Under the pieces are notes generated by a model. It saw only the letters and a program-made list of their open reading frames with translations, had not been told where the DNA came from and ran no database searches. Position numbers and translations under genes: made by a program. Positions 1 to 10,702 of a stretch of 64,000 nt of DNA are shown here, piece after piece (within the stretch, counting starts at the first letter, position 1; the number at the start of each line of letters is the position of its first letter). Source of the DNA: Thermodesulfobacteriota bacterium (GTDB taxonomy: Bacteria; Desulfobacterota; Desulfobulbia; Desulfobulbales; SURF-16); NCBI GenBank assembly GCA_040755455.1, contig JBFMAY010000001.1, positions 135,896-199,895 of the forward strand. Reading direction: 5' to 3'.

Positions 1-1
1 G

Positions 2-430
2 TTCAATGCCGCGGCTCTTTATGCGGTGATCGACAAATTGATCGGCGCCGGCCCCGGCGGGCGGCAGGAGGTCGCAGCATCACCGCCGCAGGTCCTGCCG
101 TCCGCCGCCTCTATGCTTGCGGCCATCGAGCACAAACTGCAGCAACAGTATCAGTTGAAGCCGGAAAAGATCAGGGATATTGTCAGCATCACGTTGAAAA
201 GTCTGCAGGATCATCTTGAGGAGGCGGAAAGGGCGGAGGCCGCCGGCGATCTGGCCACGCTCAATTTCGCGGCCCACGGCATGAAAGGCATTCTCCTGAA
301 TTTTTCCCTGGATGACCTGGCCCGCTTGGCAAACCAGGTGGAAAAGGCCGCCATGCACAAGGAAGAGGCGCCGTTCAAGGAGATGCTGGCCGAGCTGCGC
401 AGGAATCTGGAGGTATTTTTTGTCGTATGA
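2..430 (+). CDS. HPt (histidine phosphotransfer) domain protein; starts at GTG 26 or is truncated by the left window edge
   Basis: The frame is open from nt 2 with no upstream stop. 'AAHGMKGILLNFSLDDLARLANQVE' matches the HxxKG phospho-His motif of HPt four-helix bundles. Stop at 428-430. Confidence 0.7.
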   Translation, partial: FNAAALYAVIDKLIGAGPGGRQEVAASPPQVLPSAASMLAAIEHKLQQQYQLKPEKIRDIVSITLKSLQDHLEEAERAEAAGDLATLNFAAHGMKGILLNFSLDDLARLANQVEKAAMHKEEAPFKEMLAELRRNLEVFFVV

Positions 431-602
431 GTTGAAATGAACCATGAAAAGGTCTTTGATTGTGGTGATATTGGGAGTCTTGCGATACCAGAGCAACAAA
501 GCTTTGCATTCATGAGACTTAACAGTATTTCCCGGCATGCGCACCCGATGCATTGACAGTGTTGTTTGTTTTAACCAGGCGGAAAGGAGAGAGTTTCCCT
601 TT

Positions 603-2066
603 GTGACAAAGCAGGCGGCAGAACTCCGATATGCAGTCCGTTTATCGGTTATTTTCAAGTATTTCGGGCAACTGTGTTTCGTGCTCGCGGCATTGACTGC
701 TGTGACCTTGCTGGTATCCCTGGTCTTCGGCGAGAGGAATATGAGCCAGCGCTATGCCATGGTGATCTGCATCCTCCTTGCCTTGGGCGCAGCCCTTTCT
801 CGCCTTCCTGCTCCCTCCAGTGTGCAGGCTAATGAAGGCATGGTGTTGGTGGCCCTCATGTTCCTTTTCACGCCGCTCATCATGGCCTACCCGATGATGG
901 GAGCGGGGCTGAGCTTTCCCGACGCGCTTTTTGAGGCCATCTCCGGGGTGACAACGACGGGACTCAGCACCATGACGACGCTTGCCGGGGCGCCTGCCAC
1001 CTTTCTCTTTTCCCGCGCTTGGATGCAGTGGTATGGCGGACTGGGAATCGTCATCCTGTCCCTCGGTCTGGCGATGCAACCGGGTCTGGTGGCAAAAGGT
1101 TTGGCTGTCACCGAGGCCGAAGCCAATGATCTGGTCGGTGGGACAAGGGCCCATGCCCGGCGGGTCATGAAAGTCTATGTCGTCTTGACCGTTATCGGTA
1201 TCTTCGGTGCGCTGCTGATTGGGGTCGGCTTGTTTGATGCGGTGCTGTATATTTTTCCCGCCGTATCCACTGGAGGGTTTGCCCCATACGACTCCAGTCT
1301 CTCCGTATTAGGCTGGCCCGTTCAGTTGTGGGTCAGCCTGGTATGCCTGTCCGGGGCGGTTTCGCTGGCCTTCTACCACAGGATTTACCGGCGAAGACAC
1401 CTGATGCCGGGGGATTTCTCTCAAGTACGGGCACTGCTGGTTGCCAGTCTGATCATTTCATTGCTGCTGGGCGCAAGCATGCGGTCAGGAAATGACATGC
1501 CTTGGGCATCGGTACTCCACCATGCGCCACAGCTGGCCGTTTCAGCCCAGACAACAGCAGGTTTCGCTTCCATGCCGTGCAAGCAGCTGAATGCCGACTC
1601 GAAGTTGATCCTCATCTTTTCCATGCTGGTGGGGGGAGGCGTGGGGGCCACCGCTGGTGGTTTTAAACTGCTGCGGCTGTTGATTGCGGCAAGCGTTTTT
1701 CGTTTTATCCTCGTGCGGACCTGTCTGCCGCGACATGCCGTGGTCGAACCCCGCCTGGAGGACCGTGTTCTGGAAGGAGATGAGATTCAGGAGGCGCTGC
1801 TGCTCATTCTGCTGTTTATCGCTGTTGTCGCGCTCTCCTGGCTGTTTTTTGTGGTAATGGGGTTTGATCCCCTTGACTCATTATTTGAGGTGGTTTCGGC
1901 AACAGGGACGGTGGGGCTTTCTGTTGGAATAACCAGTGAATCGCTGCCCGCTCTGCTCAAGGGGGTTTTGTGCGTTGACATGCTCATGGGCAGGCTGGAA
2001 ATCATTGCCTGGCTGGTATTGATCTATCCGGGCACGTGGTTTGGCAGAAGAATGGAGGTCAAATGA
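603..2066 (+). CDS. trkH: TrkH/KtrB-family K+ transporter membrane subunit
   Basis: Four selectivity-filter-like Gly motifs are spaced along a polytopic protein: 'GVTTTGLST', 'VSTGGFAP', 'QTTAGFAS', 'ATGTVGLSV'. The start is uncertain: GTG 603 lies after GGAAAGGAGAGAG, and the ORF is open from 537. Confidence 0.85.
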   Translation: MTKQAAELRYAVRLSVIFKYFGQLCFVLAALTAVTLLVSLVFGERNMSQRYAMVICILLALGAALSRLPAPSSVQANEGMVLVALMFLFTPLIMAYPMMGAGLSFPDALFEAISGVTTTGLSTMTTLAGAPATFLFSRAWMQWYGGLGIVILSLGLAMQPGLVAKGLAVTEAEANDLVGGTRAHARRVMKVYVVLTVIGIFGALLIGVGLFDAVLYIFPAVSTGGFAPYDSSLSVLGWPVQLWVSLVCLSGAVSLAFYHRIYRRRHLMPGDFSQVRALLVASLIISLLLGASMRSGNDMPWASVLHHAPQLAVSAQTTAGFASMPCKQLNADSKLILIFSMLVGGGVGATAGGFKLLRLLIAASVFRFILVRTCLPRHAVVEPRLEDRVLEGDEIQEALLLILLFIAVVALSWLFFVVMGFDPLDSLFEVVSATGTVGLSVGITSESLPALLKGVLCVDMLMGRLEIIAWLVLIYPGTWFGRRMEVK

Positions 2067-2746
2067 GAATTGTTTTCATCGGAGCCAGCGAGGTGAGCAT
2101 TGGCACAGCCAAGGCCCTGATCAGCAAAGGTCACGAGGTGGTCATTATCGAGACCGACAAGGTGAAGATCAGCGAGTTGTCCTCGCAGTTGGACTGCAGC
2201 TTTTTACAGGGGGATGGAAGCAGGCCGGACATCCTGCGGGAGGTTAATCCCGAACAGACCGACGTCCTGGTTTGTCTGTCTAACAGCGATCAGGCAAACG
2301 TCATCGCCAGTCTTGTCGGTCGTTCCCTTGGGTTCAAACGGGTTGTCACAAGCATTGCGGATCCCCAGTTCGAGAGTATTTGTCTGGAGTTGGGGCTGAA
2401 GGATACGATTATTCCTTCCCGTACCATCAGTCGTCATCTGGATGACATGATCGGCGGGGTGGAGAATCTTGAGCTGTCGGTGGTCATCAAGGATGAGGCC
2501 AGGTTTTTCACCCTGATTGCCAAGGAGGAGGATGCGGTGACCTCCAGGGAATTGAAACTGCCGGCTGATGCCAAGGTCGTCTGCTATTATCGGGATGACA
2601 AGTTTTTTCATGCCGACGAGGAAACAAGATTCCGCAAGGGCGATGAACTGGTCATTCTTACCCATAGCAAAAACATTCCCGAGTTGCAGGATCGCTGGCA
2701 AGGAAAACCCAAGGACAGAAGCAAGGATGAGCCGGCGGAGAAATAG
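2063..2746 (+). CDS. TrkA/KtrA-like K+ uptake regulatory subunit (TrkA-N + TrkA-C)
   Basis: 'MRIVFIGASEVSIGTAKALISKGHEVVIIETD' is a Rossmann-like TrkA-N start and the C-terminal half is TrkA-C-like. ATG 2063 overlaps the trkH stop (ATGA), implying translational coupling. Confidence 0.8.
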   Translation: MRIVFIGASEVSIGTAKALISKGHEVVIIETDKVKISELSSQLDCSFLQGDGSRPDILREVNPEQTDVLVCLSNSDQANVIASLVGRSLGFKRVVTSIADPQFESICLELGLKDTIIPSRTISRHLDDMIGGVENLELSVVIKDEARFFTLIAKEEDAVTSRELKLPADAKVVCYYRDDKFFHADEETRFRKGDELVILTHSKNIPELQDRWQGKPKDRSKDEPAEK

Positions 2747-2765
2747 GCCAAGCCGACAGGTGTAG

Positions 2766-4121
2766 TTACCCCTTAGTGCTCTGGTGTCGATTTTTGCCGT
2801 CCCTCCCTGGGTTGCGCTGGCATATTTTCAGCATGCATGCCGCTGCGCCGGCAAGCAGTGCCAGTCCCGCCAGGCAGCCGGCCTGATAGAGCTGGGGATT
2901 CAGTGACAGAGCCTCCTGCTCCCCGCCGTCGGTAAAGACCTGGGGATTGCTGCTGATCAGCCAGGCCGAACGGATGAAAACAGCCACGAGCACCGTCAGC
3001 CAGGCGGCCATTGCCGTGAGAGAAAGCAGGCGGCTTGCCGGCGCAAGCAGCAGCGAGCGCAGGTGATACTGAACAAGCTGCGGCGCTGTTGCCTCGCCCG
3101 TGCCTGCGGTCAGCTGCATAAACAGCGCTTGCTGCGCCGCTCCCTGCCGCATGGCGAAGGCGAGTTTCACGGCAAGGGCCACGAGCAGAAAGGGAAAGAG
3201 TTTGATGAGATCAGTCAGCCGGAGCGGGAGAGGGCCGAAAGGCGACTCGATGGCTTTGAGCCGGTCAGACAGGAGCGTGATCCTGGCCCTGGTGTCAGCG
3301 ATACTCCTGGTTAAGCCGGCAAGCTGCTCTTCCTGGCTGCGGCGCTGCCGGTTGGTTTCCTCAAGCAGCTCGCGGACCCTGTTTTCCAAGGGGGCGAAGG
3401 ACGACTCGATGTTGTCACGGATACCGGCGGCCACGTCCACCTTGCCGCCACTTCCCCCATAGGAATGCCAGAAGTCGGGATCAATGGCGGCGATATTTTT
3501 TTTCACCGCGTCTACCGCGTTTTTACATATCTCATTCAGATCCTTTGCCCCATTGGTGCCGGCGCTGTCGAGTGCACTCACCGGCCTCACCACCCTTGTC
3601 TCCAGTTCGGCGAGCAATTCGGCAAACCGGTTACTGACATACCAGTTGACCGCTGCGGCAAAACTGGTGATTTCCGCCGGCAAAGTGATGGTGCTCCCCG
3701 GCAGTTCCTGCTGCATGTACTGCTGCTGGGCATACTGGCCGTATTGCGGGATATCGGGGGTATGAGGGAATTGACCGGCCAAGGGGTTGTCCCGCAGGTC
3801 GAGGGCTCTCTGGAGATCAGGAAGCGCGCCCCGCAGCTGATCCGGGAACTGGCGAAGGTCCTCGCGTATTTCCTGCAGGGCTGCAGCGGCAGACTGCTTC
3901 GCCTCGTTTATTTTTGCCGCCTCCTGCGAAAGAACATTGATGGACTGGGCCATGGCGGGCAGGGAGTTCTGCAGGGACTGTTCCCTGATTTTGAGCTGGA
4001 AGTAGGGCTCTACCACATAAAAATGGGCGGCAAGGGCAAAAAAGAGACCGACCAGGAAAAGCCGGTTGATCTCCTTGATGCTGGACCGGTAATCATTGAG
4101 AATAACGTCGGAATCTGCCAT
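2766..4121 (-). CDS. Hypothetical membrane protein with a long coiled-coil/Gln-rich central region
   Basis: SD GGGGAGAGGG sits directly 5' of ATG 4121, 10 nt after the upstream stop. There is an N-terminal TM ('LFLVGLFFALAAHFYVV') and several C-terminal hydrophobic helices. I recognise no catalytic motif. Confidence 0.7.
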   Translation of the reverse strand: MADSDVILNDYRSSIKEINRLFLVGLFFALAAHFYVVEPYFQLKIREQSLQNSLPAMAQSINVLSQEAAKINEAKQSAAAALQEIREDLRQFPDQLRGALPDLQRALDLRDNPLAGQFPHTPDIPQYGQYAQQQYMQQELPGSTITLPAEITSFAAAVNWYVSNRFAELLAELETRVVRPVSALDSAGTNGAKDLNEICKNAVDAVKKNIAAIDPDFWHSYGGSGGKVDVAAGIRDNIESSFAPLENRVRELLEETNRQRRSQEEQLAGLTRSIADTRARITLLSDRLKAIESPFGPLPLRLTDLIKLFPFLLVALAVKLAFAMRQGAAQQALFMQLTAGTGEATAPQLVQYHLRSLLLAPASRLLSLTAMAAWLTVLVAVFIRSAWLISSNPQVFTDGGEQEALSLNPQLYQAGCLAGLALLAGAAACMLKICQRNPGRDGKNRHQSTKG

Positions 4122-4131
4122 CCCTCTCCCC

Positions 4132-5652
4132 TTATTGCTTCTCAATTTTCCTCTGGCCGGCAATGTCACGCCCCATGCCGGTGAAGATCCACTGGCCTTT
4201 TTCCTTTGCGGCGTTCACCGACAATAGCAGGGTGATCAGGCTCCCGTCCCGGTGCAGGGCGGTTACCTCCTGCCGTTTGCCGATCATGCCGGCCCCGCCG
4301 CCGGCAAGGAATTGTTTGATATGCCGGTCATGCTCTGCCGCCACTGGCGGGGGCATAAGCATGGTAATGCTGCGGCCGATTGCCGCCTCCGGCCTGTAGC
4401 CGAATATTTCCGCTGCTGCCGGATTAAATGATGTGATGAGCCCCTGTTCGTCAATGCTGATGATCCCTTCCGTGGCGTTATCCAGCAGGGCCTGCAGGCG
4501 CATCTCCCGTTCCTGCAGTTTTTGCCGGGCGGCATTGCGTTGGGCTGTGACGCCGGCAAGCAGCCAGGCAGTGACGGCAAAGAGCAGCAGGAGAATGCCG
4601 TCGATGAAGAGGAGGTTTCTGCCCAGGGGAATAGAGGAGCTTTCGCTTGCGATTTTTTTGGGCACCAATGAAATGAGTTTCCAGTAATGATTCTCATTTT
4701 CTCCTGAAAAGCAACCGCATGGCCCGGATGCGTTCAGGTAGGCCCTACTTGGCTCAAGTACGCTTAGCTGCGGGTAGAAGGTAATATGGGTGAAAAGACC
4801 AGCCTGGTCGGCGCTATGGCCGTTTTCCGTGAAGGAAATGCTTTCCCAGACAGAGGGGAAACGTGCCTGAAAGGTCTGGTCTTTCCTGTCAGGATACAGG
4901 AATCCCCATTCCGCCTGGGGAGTCGGGCCAAGGAGCCAGTACCCTTGCTTGTTGAGGAGATAAATGGCTCTCCGGCCATCTTCGGCAAGTTTTTTGAGCG
5001 GTTGCAGCAGGTGGCTGCCGAGATAGTTTAAAATAATGACGCCCCTCTTCTGGCCGGAACGGTCAAACACAGGGATGCCGAAGGTAATCACCGGGGCAGG
5101 CGGATTGCCGATTTTGCCCGGGTCACTGTTCAGGGCAAACGGGGACATATAGAATTCGCCCTCCTGCAGCTTGAGGGTATTCACGAAATCGTCGCGGTTG
5201 GCCGCCTGCTGCAGCTCGTCTTTGGGGACAACCTGCGGGAGGCCGTTATTGTAGTTGATGCGGATGATTTCCATGCCCTGCCGGTCAATAAAGCGGAGTC
5301 GGTCATAGATCTGCCGGTGGCTGGCGAAGGCAAGAAATTCGGCTGAGAGGGCGGTGCAGGAATTTTTTGTTCCACTGTCAAGAAAGGCGGGCATCTCCTG
5401 GTGGGACGACAGAACCCTCAGGTCCGAGACAATGGCTTTGAGGGAGTTCCGTAATGTTTCCCGCTGGTTTTCCAGCAGGAACAGTTCATTGTTTTTCAGC
5501 AGTTCCTCTCTGGCGGCTGATTCTTGCTGGTAAAAGATGATGGAAAGCACGGCAACAACAAGGGTGGCCGGCAGAAAAATAACAAGAAAGTTTTTGAGGC
5601 GGGCCTTGTTATTTCCCTTGGGGATGTGTGAAAAACTCGTGCCGTTCATCAT
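4132..5652 (-). CDS. Membrane sensor: periplasmic Cache-like domain plus a single cytoplasmic PAS, no output domain
   Basis: The order is TM1 ('FLVIFLPATLVVAVLSIIF'), a ~300-aa extracytoplasmic region, TM2 ('GILLLLFAVTAWLLAGV'), then PAS ('LQALLDNATEGIISIDEQGLITSFNPAAAEIFGY'). The protein ends about 25 aa after the PAS. Confidence 0.8.
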   Translation of the reverse strand: MMNGTSFSHIPKGNNKARLKNFLVIFLPATLVVAVLSIIFYQQESAAREELLKNNELFLLENQRETLRNSLKAIVSDLRVLSSHQEMPAFLDSGTKNSCTALSAEFLAFASHRQIYDRLRFIDRQGMEIIRINYNNGLPQVVPKDELQQAANRDDFVNTLKLQEGEFYMSPFALNSDPGKIGNPPAPVITFGIPVFDRSGQKRGVIILNYLGSHLLQPLKKLAEDGRRAIYLLNKQGYWLLGPTPQAEWGFLYPDRKDQTFQARFPSVWESISFTENGHSADQAGLFTHITFYPQLSVLEPSRAYLNASGPCGCFSGENENHYWKLISLVPKKIASESSSIPLGRNLLFIDGILLLLFAVTAWLLAGVTAQRNAARQKLQEREMRLQALLDNATEGIISIDEQGLITSFNPAAAEIFGYRPEAAIGRSITMLMPPPVAAEHDRHIKQFLAGGGAGMIGKRQEVTALHRDGSLITLLLSVNAAKEKGQWIFTGMGRDIAGQRKIEKQ

Positions 5653-5785
5653 GAAAAAACCCTGTGCTGGAGGAGGTAAGCAACCTCTGTAATTCTATTG
5701 GCAAAACCGGGACATGGCAAGGCAAATTCCGGGGGGTGTTCTTTTCTTGCTTTACCATTGATAATAAGTGCTATAAATTGAATGC

Positions 5786-8700
5786 ATGAATTGTTCCGAT
5801 ATAACACTTACTCAGGATAACTCCCCGCGTTTGCTTAAAAATGTCGTCTTGTTCGGCGTCAGCATCGGCCTGTTTCTCCTTTCTCTGTCCTGGTGGTCCT
5901 TCACGAAAATGAATGCGGAAAGGGCTCTCTATCGATCTCTGCAGCAGGAAATGCTTGCCCTGGAAAAGGATGTCAACCGGGTGGTGCTGCTGGAACGGGA
6001 CGTCATTAATCAGCTCCAGGAAAAAGGGCAGCCGGAGGTTGGGGGGAGCAAGCAGCCGGATTTGTCGGACGTGCTGGGCAAATACCAGCATCTGGCTGAT
6101 AAGACCCGGACCGGAGGACTTTTTGCGGATTTCCGGCAGGCCATGCAGAGCCTGGAGGAAATCCGGACACAGAGCGCTGACTGGCGCCGCCGTTACAATC
6201 TGCTCCTCGATGAGCACATGCAGGTTGCCGGGGCGCATCACGATCTGCTGGCCGGGATCCAGCAGGAGCTTGCCGCGCTTGAAGAGCGGCAGCGGAAAAA
6301 GGCGGGAGGCGGGCCGGACAGGTTGCTCCGCAGGGACCGGCAAAGCGGGGGCCCTCTTCGGCAGGGGGTGGAGGAAAATGAGCTACTTGTCACCCTTGCC
6401 CGGATGCGTCATGATGTGGAGACACTTGCCCTCCTCAGTGAATTGATGGCAGTGGAGAGGGACCCGGCCCATCTGGACACCATGCAAAGCAAGCACATGC
6501 AGAAGCTGCTGGCTGAGATTGCCGGCAGCATGCATTTCCTCAACCAGCATATGCCGGGCGAGCTGGTGGTGCTTACCGGGCAACTGGACCGGTTTGCCGC
6601 GGGTTTCTGGGGGGGGGATTACCGGCAAGGGCCGGAAGGCGACATCATCGCCCCCGGCCCGGGCAGCTTTTATCATTTCCACCGGCAGCGGATCGTGCTT
6701 GAACAGGAGCATGAGCAACTGAAGGATCATCTGTTCCAGGATTTCATGGTCGTCCGCACCGCCCAGCAGAATTTGACGGACAGGGCCGGCAAATATCTGG
6801 AAATGGAAAGCCGCAGGATGCAGAAGACCCAGGACCGCACCTGGCTGATCATTGTCCTGACCAGTCTTGCCCTGGCGTTTCTTTTTCTGCTCTTTTCGCG
6901 CAGAATCATCCGCATCTGTGAAAAAAGGATTGCGGAACGCAGCGCCATGATCAGCGAGCTCGGGAATTCCCACCGCCTGCTTGAGCGGATTTTTCAGACA
7001 GCCGGCAACGGCTTGCGCATGATTGATAAGGATTTCAAGGTATTAATGGTCAATGATGTCTTTGCTGCATTGACGGGGATGAATAAAGAGACCATGGTGG
7101 GCGACAAATGTTTTGAGGAATTTCCCGGTCCATACTGCCATACCGCCCAGTGTCCCCTTCTTCTTCTGCGGGATGGCCAGGAAAGAATTGAGTTTGCCGT
7201 GGAGAAAACCCGGGCCGACGGGAAAGTGGTCACCTGTCTGCTCAGGGCCAGCCCACTGCGCAATGAACAGGGTGAGTATCTGGGCATTATCGAAGATTTC
7301 CAAGATATCAGCGATGCGCTGCTGGCGGAGAAGACCCTGCGTCAGGCCAAGGAAGAGGCGGAGGCGGCCAATGCGATCAAGAGCGAATTCCTGGCCAACA
7401 TGAGCCATGAAATACGCACCCCCTTAAACGGCATTATGGGCATGACCGACCTGGTGCTGAGTACCCAGCTCTCTTCTGATCAGCGCCGGTTTGTGGAAAT
7501 GGTGAAAACCTCCGCCAACCGGCTGCTGGATGTGGTCAATGAAGTGCTTGATTTTTCCAAGATTGAGGCCGGTTCCTTGGAAATTGAACATATTCCGTTC
7601 AGCCTGTCTGATGTCGTCGGTAACTCATTGCATATTCTGGCCTTCAAGGCCCAGGACAAGGGTCTGCAGCTCACCTATGAAATGGAGCATGAGCTCGTTG
7701 ACGGTTTTATCGGTGATCCGGGCCGCCTGCGGCAGATTCTTGTCAGTCTGGTGGGCAACGGCATTAAATTCACCAGGGAGGGAAAGGTTACGGTTACGGT
7801 AAGGCGCGTTAAACCGGATGAGCATCCTGAACGGATAATGATGGAGCAAGGGGTGAGGGACATGGCCCTGCATTTCACCGTGGCGGATACCGGCATCGGC
7901 ATCGCCCCTGAGGTGCAGGAAAAGATTTTCAAGGCCTTCAGCCAGGTTGACGGTTCCTTTTCACGCAAACATGGCGGCGCCGGGCTTGGGCTGGCCATCT
8001 GCGCCGAACTGGTTGCCATGATGGGTGGCGAAATATGGCTGGAGAGTCAGGCGGGGGCCGGAACCACCTTTCATTTTACTCTGCTCCTGCAGACCCAGGC
8101 CGTGCAAGCCCAAAAGTTCGAGCCCCTGCCGCTCAGTGTTCTGCAGCGCATGACCTTTCTGTTGGTTGCCAGCAATGCCTCGGGCCGTATTGTGTTAAAG
8201 GAGATGCTCAGTGAATGGGCGGGAGAGGTTCTCATTGCCAGTTCAGCTGCCGAGGCCCTGCAGATGGCGGCCGCAAGACAATTCAACGTCGTCATCCTGG
8301 ATTCACTGCCTGCGCATGATCAGCTGTTTGCCGTTGCGCAGAGGCTGCACCACATTGACGCCAATGCCAGGATCATCATGCTGACCGCCGCCGGCCAGCG
8401 GGGTGATGCGCTGCGCTGCCGGGAGGTCGGCATCGTCTCCTATCTGCTCAAGCCGGTGAGCAAGACCGAACTGCTTGAGGCGATGCGCACGGTGCTGAGC
8501 AGACCGGGAGCGGACGGGATGGAGCTGCCGCTGGTGACCCGGCATTCCATCAGGGAAAATCAGCACACGCTCAATGTGCTGCTGGCGGAAGATGAGGAGA
8601 TCAACAGGGTGCTGGCCGTTGAACTGATCCGTGGGGAAGGATGGCGGGTGACCACGGCGGAAAACGGCAGGCAGGTTCTCGATGCCCTGAAGAATGATTC

Positions 8701-9331
8701 CTTCCATGTCATTTTAATGGACTTGCAGATGCCGGAAATGGACGGATTCGAGGCGGTCTCGCTGATCCGCAAAAGGGAGAAGCAGAGCGGGCAGCATATT
8801 CCGGTTATCGCCTTGACCGCCCATGCCATGACCATCGACCGGCAGAGGTGCCTTGATGCGGGAATGGATGGTTATGTGGCCAAGCCCATCGACAGGCAGA
8901 TCCTCAAGCGGGAAATTGAGCAGGTCCTCGGAATGGACCTGACCATGAAAACAGTGACCCTCACCCCGAAGAAAAAGGGAACGGAATTTATTGATTACGA
9001 TGCCTTCCTCTATGAAAGCTGTAACGGCAAAGTGGAGCTTGCCAGAAAACTGCTCAGACACCTGCTGCAGGTGAGCGGCCCCCAGTGGCTGAAAGAGGCT
9101 GAGGCGGCGGTGGCGGCCGGTGATGCGGCGAGGATTAGAAAGGTATGCCATTCCCTGAAGGGTACCGCTGCCACGGTTTGCGCCCATGCCTTTTCCGAAG
9201 CCGGGGCGGAGCTGGGCCGGCTTGCCCGGGAAGGCAGAATGAATGAGACGCCCAGAGGGCTCGAAGGGCTCAAGAAAGAATTTAACCGGATTGTGGAATG
9301 GGCCAGGTCCAGCGAGCTTGATCTGATTTAA
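5786..9331 (+). CDS. Hybrid sensor histidine kinase (TM, coiled coil, PAS, HisKA, HATPase, degenerate REC, REC, HPt)
   Basis: H-box '[18 protein letters not shown]'; HATPase 'DTGIGI' and '[14 protein letters not shown]'; REC '[11 protein letters not shown]...[13 protein letters not shown]'; C-terminal HPt '[11 protein letters not shown]'. The first receiver-like module lacks the acidic N-terminal pair. Confidence 0.92.
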   Translation: MNCSDITLTQDNSPRLLKNVVLFGVSIGLFLLSLSWWSFTKMNAERALYRSLQQEMLALEKDVNRVVLLERDVINQLQEKGQPEVGGSKQPDLSDVLGKYQHLADKTRTGGLFADFRQAMQSLEEIRTQSADWRRRYNLLLDEHMQVAGAHHDLLAGIQQELAALEERQRKKAGGGPDRLLRRDRQSGGPLRQGVEENELLVTLARMRHDVETLALLSELMAVERDPAHLDTMQSKHMQKLLAEIAGSMHFLNQHMPGELVVLTGQLDRFAAGFWGGDYRQGPEGDIIAPGPGSFYHFHRQRIVLEQEHEQLKDHLFQDFMVVRTAQQNLTDRAGKYLEMESRRMQKTQDRTWLIIVLTSLALAFLFLLFSRRIIRICEKRIAERSAMISELGNSHRLLERIFQTAGNGLRMIDKDFKVLMVNDVFAALTGMNKETMVGDKCFEEFPGPYCHTAQCPLLLLRDGQERIEFAVEKTRADGKVVTCLLRASPLRNEQGEYLGIIEDFQDISDALLAEKTLRQAKEEAEAANAIKSEFLANMSHEIRTPLNGIMGMTDLVLSTQLSSDQRRFVEMVKTSANRLLDVVNEVLDFSKIEAGSLEIEHIPFSLSDVVGNSLHILAFKAQDKGLQLTYEMEHELVDGFIGDPGRLRQILVSLVGNGIKFTREGKVTVTVRRVKPDEHPERIMMEQGVRDMALHFTVADTGIGIAPEVQEKIFKAFSQVDGSFSRKHGGAGLGLAICAELVAMMGGEIWLESQAGAGTTFHFTLLLQTQAVQAQKFEPLPLSVLQRMTFLLVASNASGRIVLKEMLSEWAGEVLIASSAAEALQMAAARQFNVVILDSLPAHDQLFAVAQRLHHIDANARIIMLTAAGQRGDALRCREVGIVSYLLKPVSKTELLEAMRTVLSRPGADGMELPLVTRHSIRENQHTLNVLLAEDEEINRVLAVELIRGEGWRVTTAENGRQVLDALKNDSFHVILMDLQMPEMDGFEAVSLIRKREKQSGQHIPVIALTAHAMTIDRQRCLDAGMDGYVAKPIDRQILKREIEQVLGMDLTMKTVTLTPKKKGTEFIDYDAFLYESCNGKVELARKLLRHLLQVSGPQWLKEAEAAVAAGDAARIRKVCHSLKGTAATVCAHAFSEAGAELGRLAREGRMNETPRGLEGLKKEFNRIVEWARSSELDLI

Positions 9332-9442
9332 CAACAGGCACAAGGCAAAAGGGAAAAGTGGGAAGTGAGAAGAAAAACCTTTACACAAAATTCATGCGAG
9401 AGCATCATTTCTTGCCTTATGGCTCCTGACTACTAAAAAATC

Positions 9443-10702
9443 ATGTTCAAATTCCTCCATACCGCCGACATTCACCTGGACAGCCCGTTGAAAGGCCTGG
9501 AGTCCTACGGGGACGCCCCGGTGGCAGAGATCCGCGGGGCCTCGCGCCGGGCCTTTGACAACCTCGTTGCCTGCGCCATCGACGAGGAGGTCGATTTTAT
9601 CCTCATTGCCGGCGATCTGTATGACGGGGAGTGGAAGGATTACAACACCGGCCTCTTTTTCGTCAACCGCATGGGCCGTCTGCGCAGGGCCGGCATCCGG
9701 GTTTTCATCGTCGCCGGCAATCATGATGCCGCAAGTCATACCACCAGGACATTGCCCCTGCCGGATAATGTCAACCTCTTTTCCGCGAAAAAGGCGGAGA
9801 CAAAACTGCTGGACGAACTTAAGGTGGCCATCCATGGCCGGAGCTATCCTGCCAGGGCCGTCAGCGACAACCTCGCTTTACAGTATCCGGCCAAGCATGC
9901 CGGTTATTTCAATATCGGCCTGTTGCATACCGCCCTCACCGGGCGCGTTGGCCATGAACCCTATGCGCCCTGTGCGCTGGATGACCTGCGCGCCAGAGCA
10001 TACGACTACTGGGCCCTTGGTCATGTGCACCAGCCGGAGGTGGTGGCGCGGGACCCATGGATCATCTTTCCGGGTATTATTCAGGGCCGCCATATCCGGG
10101 AGGTTGGTGCGAAAGGGGCTGCGCTGGTAACCGTTGAGGAGGGCAGGGTGACGGCGGTGGAACAGCGGGAATTTGATGTGCTGCGCTGGGCCCTGGGCCG
10201 GGTTGATGTATCGGCCTGCACGACGGTTGATGCGGTTTTCGGCCAGGTGCGGCAGGCGATTGAGGCGGAGCGGATGGCAGGGGATGGCCGGCCGCTGGCC
10301 ATGCGGCTGATCCTGGCCGGCGTCTGTACCGTGCATGCCGAGCTCATCGACCGCTCCGCCCGGCTGATCGAGGAGCTGCGCGGCGTGGCCGCGGCCAGCG
10401 GGGAGGTGTGGCTGGAGAAGGTGCTGGTGCAGACCCGGCGCGGGACGGAGCTGGCCGCAGTGGTCGGCCGGGATACCGCCCTGGCCGGTCTGCTCCGCAC
10501 GCTGGATGATCTGCCGCTGCGTGCCGAGGCGCTCTTTGCCCTGGTGCCGGAGCTGGCGGCGTTGAAAAGCAGACTGCCCATTGAGCTTTTTGAGGGTGAC
10601 GAACCTTTCCTGGCCCCTATTCCGGAGCAGATAGAGGCTTTGCGGGCCGAGGTCAAAGAGCTGCTGGGGGCCAGACTGCTGCGGCATGGAGACCAGGGAT
10701 GA
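9443..10702 (+). CDS. SbcD/Mre11-like metallophosphoesterase (YhaO-type DNA repair exonuclease)
   Basis: Calcineurin-like phosphoesterase motifs are present: 'FLHTADIHLDSPL', 'IAGDLYDG', 'VAGNHD', 'ALGHVH'. Confidence 0.9.
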   Translation: MFKFLHTADIHLDSPLKGLESYGDAPVAEIRGASRRAFDNLVACAIDEEVDFILIAGDLYDGEWKDYNTGLFFVNRMGRLRRAGIRVFIVAGNHDAASHTTRTLPLPDNVNLFSAKKAETKLLDELKVAIHGRSYPARAVSDNLALQYPAKHAGYFNIGLLHTALTGRVGHEPYAPCALDDLRARAYDYWALGHVHQPEVVARDPWIIFPGIIQGRHIREVGAKGAALVTVEEGRVTAVEQREFDVLRWALGRVDVSACTTVDAVFGQVRQAIEAERMAGDGRPLAMRLILAGVCTVHAELIDRSARLIEELRGVAAASGEVWLEKVLVQTRRGTELAAVVGRDTALAGLLRTLDDLPLRAEALFALVPELAALKSRLPIELFEGDEPFLAPIPEQIEALRAEVKELLGARLLRHGDQG

